NCBI GenBank assembly: GCA_964501135.1 | Contig: CAZCRI010000003.1 | Location: 18,654 to 82,653, forward strand | Direction of reading: 5' to 3' | From: an uncultured Candidatus Saccharibacteria bacterium | GTDB lineage: Bacteria > Patescibacteriota > CPR2 > UBA1875 > CAIMLA01 | Length of the DNA: 64,000 nucleotides | In this document: piece after piece, positions 1-9,088 of the stretch | How the letters are laid out: each line of letters begins with the position of its first letter | Position numbering within the stretch: position 1 is the stretch's first letter | Translations under genes and position numbers: made by a program | Notes under the pieces: model-generated | What the model was told of the DNA's origin: nothing | The model's input: only the letters and a program-made list of their open reading frames with translations | Database searches by the model: none

Positions 1-96
1 TGGAACCGACACCCCAAGCCAAGTGGTGGTGAATTACATATTATGATGACTAAATACCGCGGAAGCCCTCAGGCAACGCGTAAAAAGAGTCTTTTT

Positions 97-236
97 TGAA
101 TACTTTTTGTGACGATAGACAAAAAGTATTACGGAAGTGCCTTGCTTTAGCAAGGAAGGGAAAGCTGTTCTCGATTAACTCAAATAATATTGAGAGAGAT
201 TCCAGCCTTCGCTGGAATGACGGGAGGGTGATAAGT
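97..236 (+). promoter_or_regulatory. Composite upstream element (hairpin H1 100-129, hairpin H2 140-155, hairpin+AATGACGGGAGGG motif 202-228) ahead of topA
   Basis: Perfect 11-bp stem atactttttgt/acaaaaagtat; ccttgc-ttta-gcaagg stem; ccagc-cttc-gctgg followed by aatgacgggaggg. Same module order recurs at 15627-15718 and 21260-21366. Confidence 0.4.
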
Positions 237-312
237 ATTGAATAAAACTTTTATACAAAGTTTTTAAACATTTGACACCACCCACTTTACCCGGTACCAT
301 TAGTCCTTAGTT

Positions 313-2472
313 ATGAAACTTGTAATTGTAGAGTCTCCCGCAAAGGGAAAGACAATAGAGAAATATCTCGGACCGGGCCACAAAGTGATGGCCTCTTTTG
401 GCCATGTCCGTGATTTACCGAAAAGCAACAAGGACGCCGTAGATGTAGAACACGGCTTCAAACCAAAGTACATTATGACTCCCAGGGGCAGCAAAACCGT
501 CCGGGAACTCCGAGCCGCCGCCGCAGGAGCCGACAAAGTATTACTCGCTACCGACCCGGATCGTGAAGGGGAAGCGATTTCTTGGCATCTTGCCGAAGTG
601 CTAAAGCTTAAAGATAAAGATTACGACCGCATCGAATTTCACGAGATTACCAAGGGAGCCGTAGAGAAGGCGGCTGCCAATCCTCGCAAGATAAACATGG
701 ACCTCGTGGACGCACAGCAGGCAAGACGTATTCTAGACCGCTTGGTCGGGTATGATCTTTCTGGTGTAATCTGGAAGAAAGTCCGCTACGGTCTCTCTGC
801 CGGACGGGTACAATCCCCAGCTCTACGCATCATTATGGAACGAGAACGTGAGATTCGAGCCTTCATCTCCGAGGATTTTTGGACCCTAACTGCAGAAACC
901 AAAACTTCCAAAAATGCGCCTCTCTCCCTGACTTGTACAGAGGAACCGAGAAGCAAAGAGCGTCTGGACGAGATAGAAAAGGTAGCAAAGGCCGGTGACT
1001 GGAAGGTATCTAAGGTCAGTAGTAGCGAAGCCAAGCGTGCCCCCAAGGCACCATTTACCACCTCTACCTTGCAACAAACTGCTAGTACTAGACTGGGGTT
1101 TTCGCCATCTCGTACCATGTCTGTAGCTCAGAAACTTTACGAAGCGGGTCTAATTAGCTATATGCGTACCGATAGTACCAATCTCTCCGAGACCGCCATA
1201 GGCCAGATAAAGGAAGTGGTTACCAATAAATACGGCAAGGAATTCCTCTCTCCTCATGTTTATAAAACCAATAGCAAGAATGCTCAGGAAGCCCATGAAG
1301 CGATTCGTCCAACCAACTTTGAACACGAACACGCCGGCCACAACGAGGAGCAAAAGAAACTTTACCAGTTGATCTGGGCACGTACTGTCGCTAGCCAGAT
1401 GGCAGACGCCAAAATGCTCCGCAGCAAGATTACTGCCACATATACTACAGATAAACAGATGCCGACCTTCACTGCCAATGGTAGTCTGATGCAATTTCCA
1501 GGTTGGCTTCTTGCCGATCCTGCAGCAAAGGGAGAGGAAGTAATGCTGCCCGAGGTTACAGAAGGGGAACCACTAACACTCATTGACTTTATTACATTAG
1601 CTAAGCAGACCGAGCCACCATCCCGCTACACCGAGGCTGGCCTGATCAAGGAGCTTGAGAAACGCGGTATCGGTCGTCCTAGTACCTATGCCAGCATTAT
1701 GAAAACTCTTGAGGATCGCGGATATGTAACCAAAGAAGGGCGAACGCTCTTCCCAACAGATACTGGAGATGTCGTCAGCTCATTCCTCGAGAAATACTTT
1801 GCCGAATACATCAGCGACACCTTTACCGCCGAAATGGAGGACGAACTCGACCTTATCTCCAACGGCCAGGCAAAATACGCGCAAATTCTTTCTGATTTCT
1901 ATGGCTTCTTCCGCGAGAAGGTAAAAGAAGAAACTAAGCGTCCGGCAGAACCAGTACCAGCAGATCTACAGTACAAGTGTCCAACTTGCGGAAGCGATAT
2001 GATCATAAAGCTCGGAAAAAATGGTAAGTTTATGAGCTGTTCTCGATTTCCAGAGTGCGAGGGAGCCCTCACTATGGAAGGGCGCGAGATGGAAGGACCC
2101 AAAGAAATAGGGGAATCCTGCCCCGAGTGCGGTGGTGCCCTGATAGAGCGTGAGGGAAAGTATGGAAAGTTTATCTCCTGCAGCAATTATCCAAAATGTA
2201 AATATATCCGCAAAGACGAAAACGAAGAAAAGGCTGGCGGTACAGGCGTCGCCTGTCCAAAATGTAAAAAGGGCGAGATGACAGAAAAACGAGGACGTTT
2301 CGGTGTTTTCTACTCGTGCAATAATTATCCAAAATGTAAGTATGCCATCAAAGCCAAACCTACAGGTAATACCTGTAAAATCTGTGGCTCACTGATGATG
2401 GAAGGAACCAAAACGATCCCAGAGCGCTGCTCGGACAAGGAATGTCCGGGTCACAATCCACATAAGGCTTAA
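313..2472 (+). CDS. topA: DNA topoisomerase I with C-terminal Cys4 zinc-ribbon repeats
   Basis: N-terminal TOPRIM start MKLVIVESPAKGKTIEKYLG; multiple CxxC...CxxC zinc ribbons at the C-terminus; 719 aa. Confidence 0.95.
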   Translation: MKLVIVESPAKGKTIEKYLGPGHKVMASFGHVRDLPKSNKDAVDVEHGFKPKYIMTPRGSKTVRELRAAAAGADKVLLATDPDREGEAISWHLAEVLKLKDKDYDRIEFHEITKGAVEKAAANPRKINMDLVDAQQARRILDRLVGYDLSGVIWKKVRYGLSAGRVQSPALRIIMEREREIRAFISEDFWTLTAETKTSKNAPLSLTCTEEPRSKERLDEIEKVAKAGDWKVSKVSSSEAKRAPKAPFTTSTLQQTASTRLGFSPSRTMSVAQKLYEAGLISYMRTDSTNLSETAIGQIKEVVTNKYGKEFLSPHVYKTNSKNAQEAHEAIRPTNFEHEHAGHNEEQKKLYQLIWARTVASQMADAKMLRSKITATYTTDKQMPTFTANGSLMQFPGWLLADPAAKGEEVMLPEVTEGEPLTLIDFITLAKQTEPPSRYTEAGLIKELEKRGIGRPSTYASIMKTLEDRGYVTKEGRTLFPTDTGDVVSSFLEKYFAEYISDTFTAEMEDELDLISNGQAKYAQILSDFYGFFREKVKEETKRPAEPVPADLQYKCPTCGSDMIIKLGKNGKFMSCSRFPECEGALTMEGREMEGPKEIGESCPECGGALIEREGKYGKFISCSNYPKCKYIRKDENEEKAGGTGVACPKCKKGEMTEKRGRFGVFYSCNNYPKCKYAIKAKPTGNTCKICGSLMMEGTKTIPERCSDKECPGHNPHKA

Positions 2473-2473
2473 C

Positions 2474-2854
2474 ATGAGTAAACCCAAGGAAATATCGTAC
2501 GGATTCAAGATACCCGAAGCCAGCCTCTGGGCACTTGATGTCCCCACCGAAGCAGTTAGCATCGATGAGATTTCATACAATCTAGATATTCCATATTTGG
2601 AACACGAAGGTACCGACGACTGGAATATGAGCATTACCTCGCTGTTAGCAAATTTTAATAACGAACCACATCATGCCGCTCAAGTAGAAAGAGCCAATCT
2701 CGACTACCCGATAGAGTTATACCTATTTGATGGCCGTTGGATTATACTAGATGGAGTCCACAGGCTTACAAAAGCGATTCGCCTAGGAAGAACACAAATC
2801 AAAGCACGACGAATCCCGCAATTAGAAATCGACCGCTTACTCTCTACTTTATAG
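2474..2854 (+). CDS. Hypothetical protein, possible ParB/Srx-like fold (ILDGVHRL...A..LG motif)
   Basis: ATG overlaps topA stop region (translational coupling); C-terminal DGxHR-type motif reminiscent of ParB-like nuclease/sulfiredoxin superfamily; weak. Confidence 0.4.
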   Translation: MSKPKEISYGFKIPEASLWALDVPTEAVSIDEISYNLDIPYLEHEGTDDWNMSITSLLANFNNEPHHAAQVERANLDYPIELYLFDGRWIILDGVHRLTKAIRLGRTQIKARRIPQLEIDRLLSTL

Positions 2855-2885
2855 CAATAAATTTTGAGATTATTAGGAGGACACC

Positions 2886-2984
2886 ATGGCAAAAGGACAG
2901 AATTCACAGAAGAATGTGAAGAAACCCAAGAAAGCAAAGAAGCCAAAGGGCGTACAGGTAACATCGAGTATTACCCCTAGCTAG
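2886..2984 (+). CDS. Small lysine-rich peptide (32 aa) MAKGQNSQKNVKKPKKAKKPKGVQV...
   Basis: Strong RBS aggagg 6 nt upstream of ATG; below ORF-track length cutoff; highly basic. Confidence 0.25.
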   Translation: MAKGQNSQKNVKKPKKAKKPKGVQVTSSITPS

Positions 2985-2985
2985 C

Positions 2986-3204
2986 ATGGACTACAAGAAA
3001 GTATTTTTTACACTTCTTACGACGGTGCTTTTTGTGCTGCTTATTATTGGCGGTTATTTACTAACGAAACAGCAAACCGAGAGGAAGGCTACCCCTTCGG
3101 ACGGTGGTGTCGCTTGTACCATGGAGGCAAGAGTCTGTCCCGACGGCAGCTATGTCAGTCGCAGTGGTCCAAAGTGTGAATTTGCAGCCTGCCCGATGAA
3201 ATAA
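2986..3204 (+). CDS. Small membrane-anchored Cys-rich protein (72 aa, 4 Cys)
   Basis: N-terminal hydrophobic helix then CTMEARVCPDGSY...CEFAACP; no recognised family. Confidence 0.35.
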   Translation: MDYKKVFFTLLTTVLFVLLIIGGYLLTKQQTERKATPSDGGVACTMEARVCPDGSYVSRSGPKCEFAACPMK

Positions 3205-3221
3205 TTAGACGTAAACCACGA

Positions 3222-3268
3222 AAAAACCCACTGCCGGGTAGGTCCTTTCGGATCCACTCAGAAGTGGG
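3222..3268. terminator. Bidirectional stem-loop/terminator between small ORF and sigma factor gene
   Basis: cccactgccgggtaggtcctttcggatccactcagaagtggg; on minus strand followed by tttttt run. Confidence 0.5.
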
Positions 3269-3877
3269 TCAGTTTATCTGCATCTGTATTGCAAGCTTTC
3301 GCTTGGCGCGCTGCAGTGCGTTGTCGACGGCTTTGGGGTGTGACCCCAGTTCGAGAGCGATCTCTACGTAGGAGCGCCCGTTGTAGAACAAGCGCAGGCT
3401 GCTCGCCTCAAACTTCGAAAGAGACGCCGCAAGCCCCTGGCACACCGCCTCGTGCGAGAGTGCTGCCAGACAGACCTCTTCAGCCGAAACAGATGCCTCG
3501 TCGCAGAACACATCTAACAGTGTCCGGTCGCCGTCGCTGGTCATGTCAACGGTACGACTCAGAGAGACATACCCGTTGAGCGGACTGTGCTTCTTACGCA
3601 TAGCCTGCTTCACGGCGGATATGAGATGACGAGAAACACAGAGCTCAGCGAAGCTATGGAACGACGCACCCTTCGAAGGGTCGTAGTCCCAGATCGCTTT
3701 GCAGAGACCGATGTTTCCCTCCTGGACGACATCATCTCGACCTGCTCCTGCCAAGAAGTAGGAACGCGCCCTGGAACGAATCATCGGGCGGTAACGACGG
3801 AAGAGCTCGTCGTAGGCTGATTGGTCGCCCTTACGGGCGGCCACAACCAGCTGAGGATCTGCCTTTTGTGTGTGCAT
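3269..3877 (-). CDS. Sigma-70 family sigma factor, SigH (Spo0H)-like; high-GC (~62%) gene
   Basis: Region 2 (DDVVQEGNIGLCKAI), FAELCVSRHLISAVK, LNGYVSLS...DRTLLDVF and region 4 HTH; resembles Bacillus SigH by memory; strong RBS gggggga before ATG; GC far above neighbouring genes. Confidence 0.85.
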   Translation of the reverse strand: MHTQKADPQLVVAARKGDQSAYDELFRRYRPMIRSRARSYFLAGAGRDDVVQEGNIGLCKAIWDYDPSKGASFHSFAELCVSRHLISAVKQAMRKKHSPLNGYVSLSRTVDMTSDGDRTLLDVFCDEASVSAEEVCLAALSHEAVCQGLAASLSKFEASSLRLFYNGRSYVEIALELGSHPKAVDNALQRAKRKLAIQMQIN

Positions 3878-3932
3878 TTTGTCTCCCCCCGAGACGTCGA
3901 ACTTGCTTTTGCGGGTACAACTTGTCGAGCAA

Positions 3933-3961
3933 GATTATATACCATTTATACCTCCGTGTCA
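3933..3961 (-). promoter_or_regulatory. Consensus sigma-70 type promoter TTGACA-N17-TATAAT for the SigH-like gene
   Basis: Minus strand: ttgaca(3956-3961) 17-nt spacer tataat(3933-3938). Confidence 0.5.
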
Positions 3962-3980
3962 AGATTAATATACCCCAGGC

Positions 3981-4014
3981 AACATTCTAACATTCTATAG
4001 AATGTTAGAATGTT
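3981..4014. promoter_or_regulatory. Perfect palindrome copy 1: aacattctaacattcta|tagaatgttagaatgtt = (ACATTCTA)x2 then (TAGAATGT)x2; abuts -35 (ttgaca 4016-4021) of ArsR-like gene
   Basis: Exact reverse-complement symmetry read directly; identical 32-bp core at 4327-4358 and 8224-8255. Confidence 0.85.
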
Positions 4015-4052
4015 GTTGACAAGAGTCAGTGTACAAGACGTAAGATAAACCC

Positions 4053-4325
4053 ATGGGGAAATCTCCGAAACAACTAGAACGTTATTGTAAAGGGATAGCA
4101 AATCACCACCGCATCAGCATCCTTAATCTTATTCACGACGAACCGGGAATATGCGTGGAAGACATATCAAAGAAACTGGAGACAAGTTACAAGACTGTGG
4201 CCATTCACACTCAAAAACTAGTCCAAGCAGGGCTAGTAAACAAACGCTATATGGGAAAGGAGATGACGCAGGTACTATCTCCCTACGGCGAAACTTTCTA
4301 CAAATTTCTACAATCAATAAAGTAA
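4053..4325 (+). CDS. ArsR/SmtB-family winged-helix transcriptional regulator (90 aa)
   Basis: HHRISILNLIHDEPGICVEDISKKLETSYKTVAIHTQKLVQAGLV is a typical ArsR HTH; flanked on both sides by the 32-bp palindrome. Confidence 0.75.
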   Translation: MGKSPKQLERYCKGIANHHRISILNLIHDEPGICVEDISKKLETSYKTVAIHTQKLVQAGLVNKRYMGKEMTQVLSPYGETFYKFLQSIK

Positions 4326-4326
4326 T

Positions 4327-4358
4327 ACATTCTAACATTCTATAGAATGTTAGAATGT
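4327..4358. promoter_or_regulatory. Perfect 32-bp palindrome copy 2 (between ArsR-like gene stop and rarA start)
   Basis: acattctaacattctatagaatgttagaatgt exact. Confidence 0.85.
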
Positions 4359-4369
4359 ATATGAGAGAC

Positions 4370-5674
4370 ATGGAAAAGAAAAGTATATTTAATTTAAATG
4401 ATGCTCATAAACCGTTAGCGGAGAGGATGCGTCCTACGGACTTTGCCCATTTCTTTGGGCAAGGGGAAATTGTTGGAGAGGGAACGCTGCTACGCCAGAT
4501 CATCGAGAATGACAGCCTCGGGTCGATTATCCTCTGGGGACCTCCTGGAACCGGCAAAACTACCTTGGCACGAATTATTGCCAACCAGACCAAAAGTCAC
4601 TTCGAGGAATTCAGTGCCGTCACAAGCGGGATTGCCGACCTGAGACGGGTGGTAAAGGAAGCCCGCGAACGCCGCGAACTCTATCAGCAAAAGACGGTAC
4701 TTTTTGTTGACGAGATTCATCGTTTTAGCAAAAGTCAGCAAGACGGCTTCTTGCCCCATATTGAGAACGGCACTATAGTCCTCATTGGTGCCACTACCGA
4801 AAATCCAGGGTTCGAGATCAACTCCGCCATCATGTCTCGTTCCAAACTCTTTGAACTAAAGCCTCTTACCGAGGATGATATCAAAAATATCATCAAGCTT
4901 GCCCTCAAGGATAAAGTCAGCGGACTCGGTGAGCGAAAACTTACGATAGAAAAGAAAGCCCTAGACCAGTTAGCCGCCTTCTCGGCAGGGGATGCCCGTG
5001 TAGCCCTAAACTCGCTCGAGATCGCCACCAAGGCAAAACTTTTGAACAACAAAATTACTCAAGAAATGGTAGAACAAGCCCTGAGCAAACGCTTTGTCAG
5101 TGCCTACAAAGGTGGCGCTAATCACTATGACATTATCAGTGCATTTATCAAGTCAATGCGCGGCAGCGACCCTGACGCAGCTATCTACTGGCTCGCCAGG
5201 ATGATCGAGGGCGGGGAAGACCCCAAGTTTATTGCTCGCCGTATGCTCGTCTTTGCCTCCGAAGATATCGGCAATGCCGCACCAATGGCACTGGTCCTTG
5301 CCAACGCTACCTTTGAGGCCGTCACCAAGATTGGTCTCCCCGAGGCTCGAATCAATCTTGCCCAATGCGTAACCTATCTCGCAAGCGCTCCCAAATCCAA
5401 TGCCTCATACCTAGCAATCGATAAGGCGCTAGGCGATGTGCGCAAGGAAACCTTTAGCGGGGTCCCGAAGCACATTGTGAATGCGCCAACAGCTTTTGAT
5501 AAAAGTCAAGGAAAATCATCTGGGTATAAGTATCCTCATGATTACCCGGGCCACTATGTAAACCAGGAATATCTACCACCAGAACTTATAAATAAAAAGT
5601 ACTACTTACCTACCGAGAACGGGGGAGAAGCCGAGATTAAGACTCGCCTTGCTAAGCTAAAAGATAAAAAGTAA
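4370..5674 (+). CDS. rarA: Replication-associated recombination protein A (AAA+ ATPase RarA/MgsA)
   Basis: Walker A GPPGTGKTTLARIIA, Walker B LFVDEIHRF, C-terminal MgsA domain; ORF track starts at 4355 but ATG 4370 (MEKK) has better spacing from gagaga. Confidence 0.9.
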   Translation: MEKKSIFNLNDAHKPLAERMRPTDFAHFFGQGEIVGEGTLLRQIIENDSLGSIILWGPPGTGKTTLARIIANQTKSHFEEFSAVTSGIADLRRVVKEARERRELYQQKTVLFVDEIHRFSKSQQDGFLPHIENGTIVLIGATTENPGFEINSAIMSRSKLFELKPLTEDDIKNIIKLALKDKVSGLGERKLTIEKKALDQLAAFSAGDARVALNSLEIATKAKLLNNKITQEMVEQALSKRFVSAYKGGANHYDIISAFIKSMRGSDPDAAIYWLARMIEGGEDPKFIARRMLVFASEDIGNAAPMALVLANATFEAVTKIGLPEARINLAQCVTYLASAPKSNASYLAIDKALGDVRKETFSGVPKHIVNAPTAFDKSQGKSSGYKYPHDYPGHYVNQEYLPPELINKKYYLPTENGGEAEIKTRLAKLKDKK

Positions 5675-5715
5675 AATACCAGGAGAGCAAACCTCTAATT
5701 TAGAATGGAGACGAT

Positions 5716-7533
5716 ATGTCAGAGATAGCCGAAATCGAGCGACCCCACGGACTAGAAGACAGCACAGAAAACCATCTAGAAGATAGCGAAATTACAGAAA
5801 CTCTTAAGCCTAGAAGCTACGTAGACTCCGATGGTACAGAGAGACAAATCTACACACTAAAGAGCAAAGACGGCAAACCCGTAGAGGTAGTATTCTACTC
5901 TCCAGAGGAGATTCCATTCAACGGTGACGTAGTTTCAGATAAGCACGTCATGATACTGGGCGAACAGCCTAAATGGCGCTCCAAGAAAGAGTGGGATACT
6001 TTTGGGCACAACATCGCAACTGAATCTCTAGGGGGAGTCAATAGCCCCTCTATGAGCCATCAAACAGAGCGGGTTCTTGAAGGTAACGGCTTAATTTTTG
6101 CCGAGTCAAACCCTACGGCGATTCTAGACTTGGCAATGATACTGACAGGGGATTCAAGCAAAGAAGATCAAAATGATCGACGAAACGCCCATCTCAAGAT
6201 AATCACCCCTAGAGCACAAGAGATGATGGACAAAATCATCGCGTGTAAGCTATATGACTCGAACGGCAAAAGAAGAAATGCTAGCAGTTATGAAGGTGAG
6301 GTACTAACCTTGCTCGCCCTGGCTGGTAATAACGAGGCTCAGGAGATACTTGACCGCAGTTACGAGCTGATGCAAAAACAGGATGCCGAAACCGAAGCAG
6401 AATTACAAGATCAAATCGCAGAAATGGGGGAGCGCAACAAAGACTCTGAAGATATGAAGATAGAAGATCTAGTTGCTGTTCATGCCACCCGATATTTACC
6501 AAAAACAATCAGTGGTACCCCGACCATTCGTACCACCTTTGATGCTACGGGCTGGGAAGTTCCACGCGACACCGTTCATTTCTCCCTGAACCATCACGTC
6601 GCTGGTCATATGTATGGTAGCTGGGATGGAGCTCCCTACGTCGTGATATCTTCCCTGGGGGATATGATGGAGACCAATGGCAAACCAGCCTCTCTTAACA
6701 CCGTAGATACTTACTTTGAGGCCACTCCTGGTACAGGGGTGAAACTCCCTGAAAGCACCTGGATAGCTAAGCCAGGAATACTGGCAGAAGGTGAAATCGT
6801 TGCGTTCGATGACGAGAAACAAGAGCTTGTATACAAAAACGAACGAATAAATGCAGCCGATATTGCCAAGCTTTACGAATCTCTCGGCTACGACGAAAAA
6901 CAATGGTTCGAATGGACCGTCCTCGACAGGCTTACTGCCGACCTTAGCCAATATGAAGAATGGTGGCGTATCCATGTCACACAAGAACAAAGCGACCGTG
7001 TTTATGAATATCGAAAAGCTGAGGGTTCGGGTCAAGAAACGACTTTGGCATTCGTTGAATTGGGTGTCGATGAAGCAGTGCGAAAAATCTGTGAAGAGAA
7101 GTTTGGGGTAGTACTCTCGGACAAAGACTTCGCTACTTTATGCAACACCATGCGTTCGTACTTTGCTAGTAAGATAAAAACTTTTGCCATCAACAGTCAG
7201 ATTACCAGAATGGGCTACAAACCAGAGCACGGCGGGATGTGGGCCTGGGGAGACTCCTGGGACGTTACTGGCTCTACCGCAAAGTTAGGTGGTGAGATTG
7301 GAGTTCCCGTAATGGCACACTCCGGCACTATCAATTCCGATATGGAAAGCTATGTACCAAGTGAATTCAGACGAATGAATGCTGAGCCTAGGGCAGACGA
7401 TGATGGTTATGCCCCCGTGAAACCCAAAGACCCTAGAGAAGTGAAAGAAGATGTAAAAACTACTGTTAGGGAAAAGGCTGATAAAATATCACCGCAACTC
7501 CGCCGCGCCCTCTACCTGATGGGGGCGCTCTAG
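5716..7533 (+). CDS. Large hypothetical protein (605 aa), acidic N-terminus, no recognisable domain
   Basis: RBS ggaga before ATG; long uninterrupted ORF at native GC; no motif recognised. Confidence 0.6.
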   Translation: MSEIAEIERPHGLEDSTENHLEDSEITETLKPRSYVDSDGTERQIYTLKSKDGKPVEVVFYSPEEIPFNGDVVSDKHVMILGEQPKWRSKKEWDTFGHNIATESLGGVNSPSMSHQTERVLEGNGLIFAESNPTAILDLAMILTGDSSKEDQNDRRNAHLKIITPRAQEMMDKIIACKLYDSNGKRRNASSYEGEVLTLLALAGNNEAQEILDRSYELMQKQDAETEAELQDQIAEMGERNKDSEDMKIEDLVAVHATRYLPKTISGTPTIRTTFDATGWEVPRDTVHFSLNHHVAGHMYGSWDGAPYVVISSLGDMMETNGKPASLNTVDTYFEATPGTGVKLPESTWIAKPGILAEGEIVAFDDEKQELVYKNERINAADIAKLYESLGYDEKQWFEWTVLDRLTADLSQYEEWWRIHVTQEQSDRVYEYRKAEGSGQETTLAFVELGVDEAVRKICEEKFGVVLSDKDFATLCNTMRSYFASKIKTFAINSQITRMGYKPEHGGMWAWGDSWDVTGSTAKLGGEIGVPVMAHSGTINSDMESYVPSEFRRMNAEPRADDDGYAPVKPKDPREVKEDVKTTVREKADKISPQLRRALYLMGAL

Positions 7534-7555
7534 GCAAATTCTCTATACTATAAAA

Positions 7556-7591
7556 TACCTAGTGTGGTTATTACCACACTAGGTATTTTTG
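7556..7591 (+). terminator. Rho-independent terminator after 605-aa gene
   Basis: atacctagtgtgg-ttatt-ccacactaggtat followed by ttttt. Confidence 0.6.
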
Positions 7592-7605
7592 AATAAGATT
7601 ATACT

Positions 7606-7634
7606 TGACAATTCTGTCCAAAAGACGTATTATA
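7606..7634 (+). promoter_or_regulatory. Promoter TTGACA-N17-TATTAT for high-GC gene 7698-8087
   Basis: ttgaca 7606-7611, 17-nt spacer, tattat 7629-7634. Confidence 0.45.
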
Positions 7635-7697
7635 TGCTGTCGAAATCATTCGACCTACCGACGAGGTTGCCCAAAGGCAACGAGGGGAGGTGGCTTC

Positions 7698-8087
7698 ATG
7701 CCGCCGATTGCTAGCGAAGAAGAGAAGAGGCAGTACATCGAACTTCTCCTGAAGAACGCTCGTAGACTGGACTACCGGTCTATCCTGCGTTCACCGGAAG
7801 TGAAGCAGGAGTTGAACGGTCAGGAACTGCCGTCCAGTCTTCCGGTCTGGACTATTGCCATCGACGCTGATGACACCTACATCGTCACCGGCCTCGACGC
7901 CAAGGGGCAGGAAGTCGTGAACTTCCTCTACACCATCGGTGGAGAAGAGTACGAACCACGACTCACCACCTTTGTGGCCGCCCAGCTGCTCGTCGAAGGG
8001 GCCATCATCGACCTCATCGTCCAGCACGGCCCTGGCCTCTACTCTGATGTCATCATCGACGAGGTTGTTCAGGACATGGTCGGGTAG
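7698..8087 (+). CDS. Hypothetical protein (130 aa), high-GC island gene
   Basis: RBS gaggggagg then ATG at 7698 (ORF track frame opens at 7605); ~58% GC. Confidence 0.5.
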   Translation: MPPIASEEEKRQYIELLLKNARRLDYRSILRSPEVKQELNGQELPSSLPVWTIAIDADDTYIVTGLDAKGQEVVNFLYTIGGEEYEPRLTTFVAAQLLVEGAIIDLIVQHGPGLYSDVIIDEVVQDMVG

Positions 8088-8223
8088 TCGGCATCCACTC
8101 ACAACAAGGTCCGCCAGGAGAAGGCAGCCAGACCCTCGACTTTACCCGAAGTCCGAGCCACATCACGCCCCGTAGGACGTTCTCAACTCGAGAGCGCCCT
8201 CCGGGGCGCTTTCATGTAAAAAT

Positions 8224-8255
8224 ACATTCTAACATTCTATAGAATGTTAGAATGT
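8224..8255. promoter_or_regulatory. Perfect 32-bp palindrome copy 3 upstream of high-GC membrane protein gene
   Basis: acattctaacattctatagaatgttagaatgt exact. Confidence 0.85.
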
Positions 8256-8413
8256 TGTGCTGAGTAATAATTAAGCTAAGGACGGTAAACCCCTTTACAA
8301 AGGCGGAAAAGGGGAATATAATCTGGCCGTCGAGATTCTTCGACGCACTTTGACTGGTGCTTATATTCGAAACGTGGCCTGGCGGCCACCAAGACCTAAG
8401 GAGGCTGGGCCTA

Positions 8414-8965
8414 ATGAACCCAACTCTTCGTTTGACATGGCGCCTCGCGCCCTATATGTTCTTCGCCCTCGGCGGACTGCTCCTCGTAGCTCTCGAACTC
8501 ACCGTCCTGATCCTGATCGGTGTTCACGGTCTGGATGCACTCACGGTGATCGGAACCATCTATCTGGCGTACGTCTGCAAGATGATCGTCGAGTACATGG
8601 GTGGCAACGTGATCGTCAACGAGCTTGGCGAACGCAACGGAAAACCGATCAAGGTCTTCCGTCCTGGCAAGAAGAACATTCGCTTTCTGAAGAAGCTTGG
8701 CTGGTATCACGACTTGGGGAACTACTATCCCGTACTCGTGAACCCTCGTGAGGGCAAGTTTAGCCTCACCAAGCATCTCTTCATGCTCGAACCTGGCTCG
8801 GAGAAGTTCTCCGACCAGCTCCTCGAAGTAGCAGCCACCAACGCGGTGGCCTACGAGGAAATCGCAAAGAAGGTCCAGACCAGCAAGTACTGCGCTTCAA
8901 GTGATCTGAGAAAGTTCGAGAAGGCGAATGCCATCTCGGAGTCAATCAAGGATATCGTGAAGTAG
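8414..8965 (+). CDS. Hypothetical membrane protein (2 TM N-terminus + soluble C-terminus), high-GC island gene
   Basis: RBS aaggagg then ATG 8414 (MNPTLRL...); hydrophobic segments FFALGGLLLVALELTVLILIGV. Confidence 0.5.
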   Translation: MNPTLRLTWRLAPYMFFALGGLLLVALELTVLILIGVHGLDALTVIGTIYLAYVCKMIVEYMGGNVIVNELGERNGKPIKVFRPGKKNIRFLKKLGWYHDLGNYYPVLVNPREGKFSLTKHLFMLEPGSEKFSDQLLEVAATNAVAYEEIAKKVQTSKYCASSDLRKFEKANAISESIKDIVK

Positions 8966-9048
8966 AACACAACCAGACTACAGACAACAGACAACACAGA
9001 ACATAGTCTGAGAAGAATAGTGAGTGTCCCACACCAGTCAAAGCGCAG

Positions 9049-9088
9049 GGGGCCGACCGCGAACAGCGGCCGGCCCCTTTGCCGTTTT
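9049..9088 (+). terminator. GC-rich rho-independent terminator
   Basis: ggggccgaccgc-gaaca-gcggccggcccc then tttgccgtttt. Confidence 0.6.
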
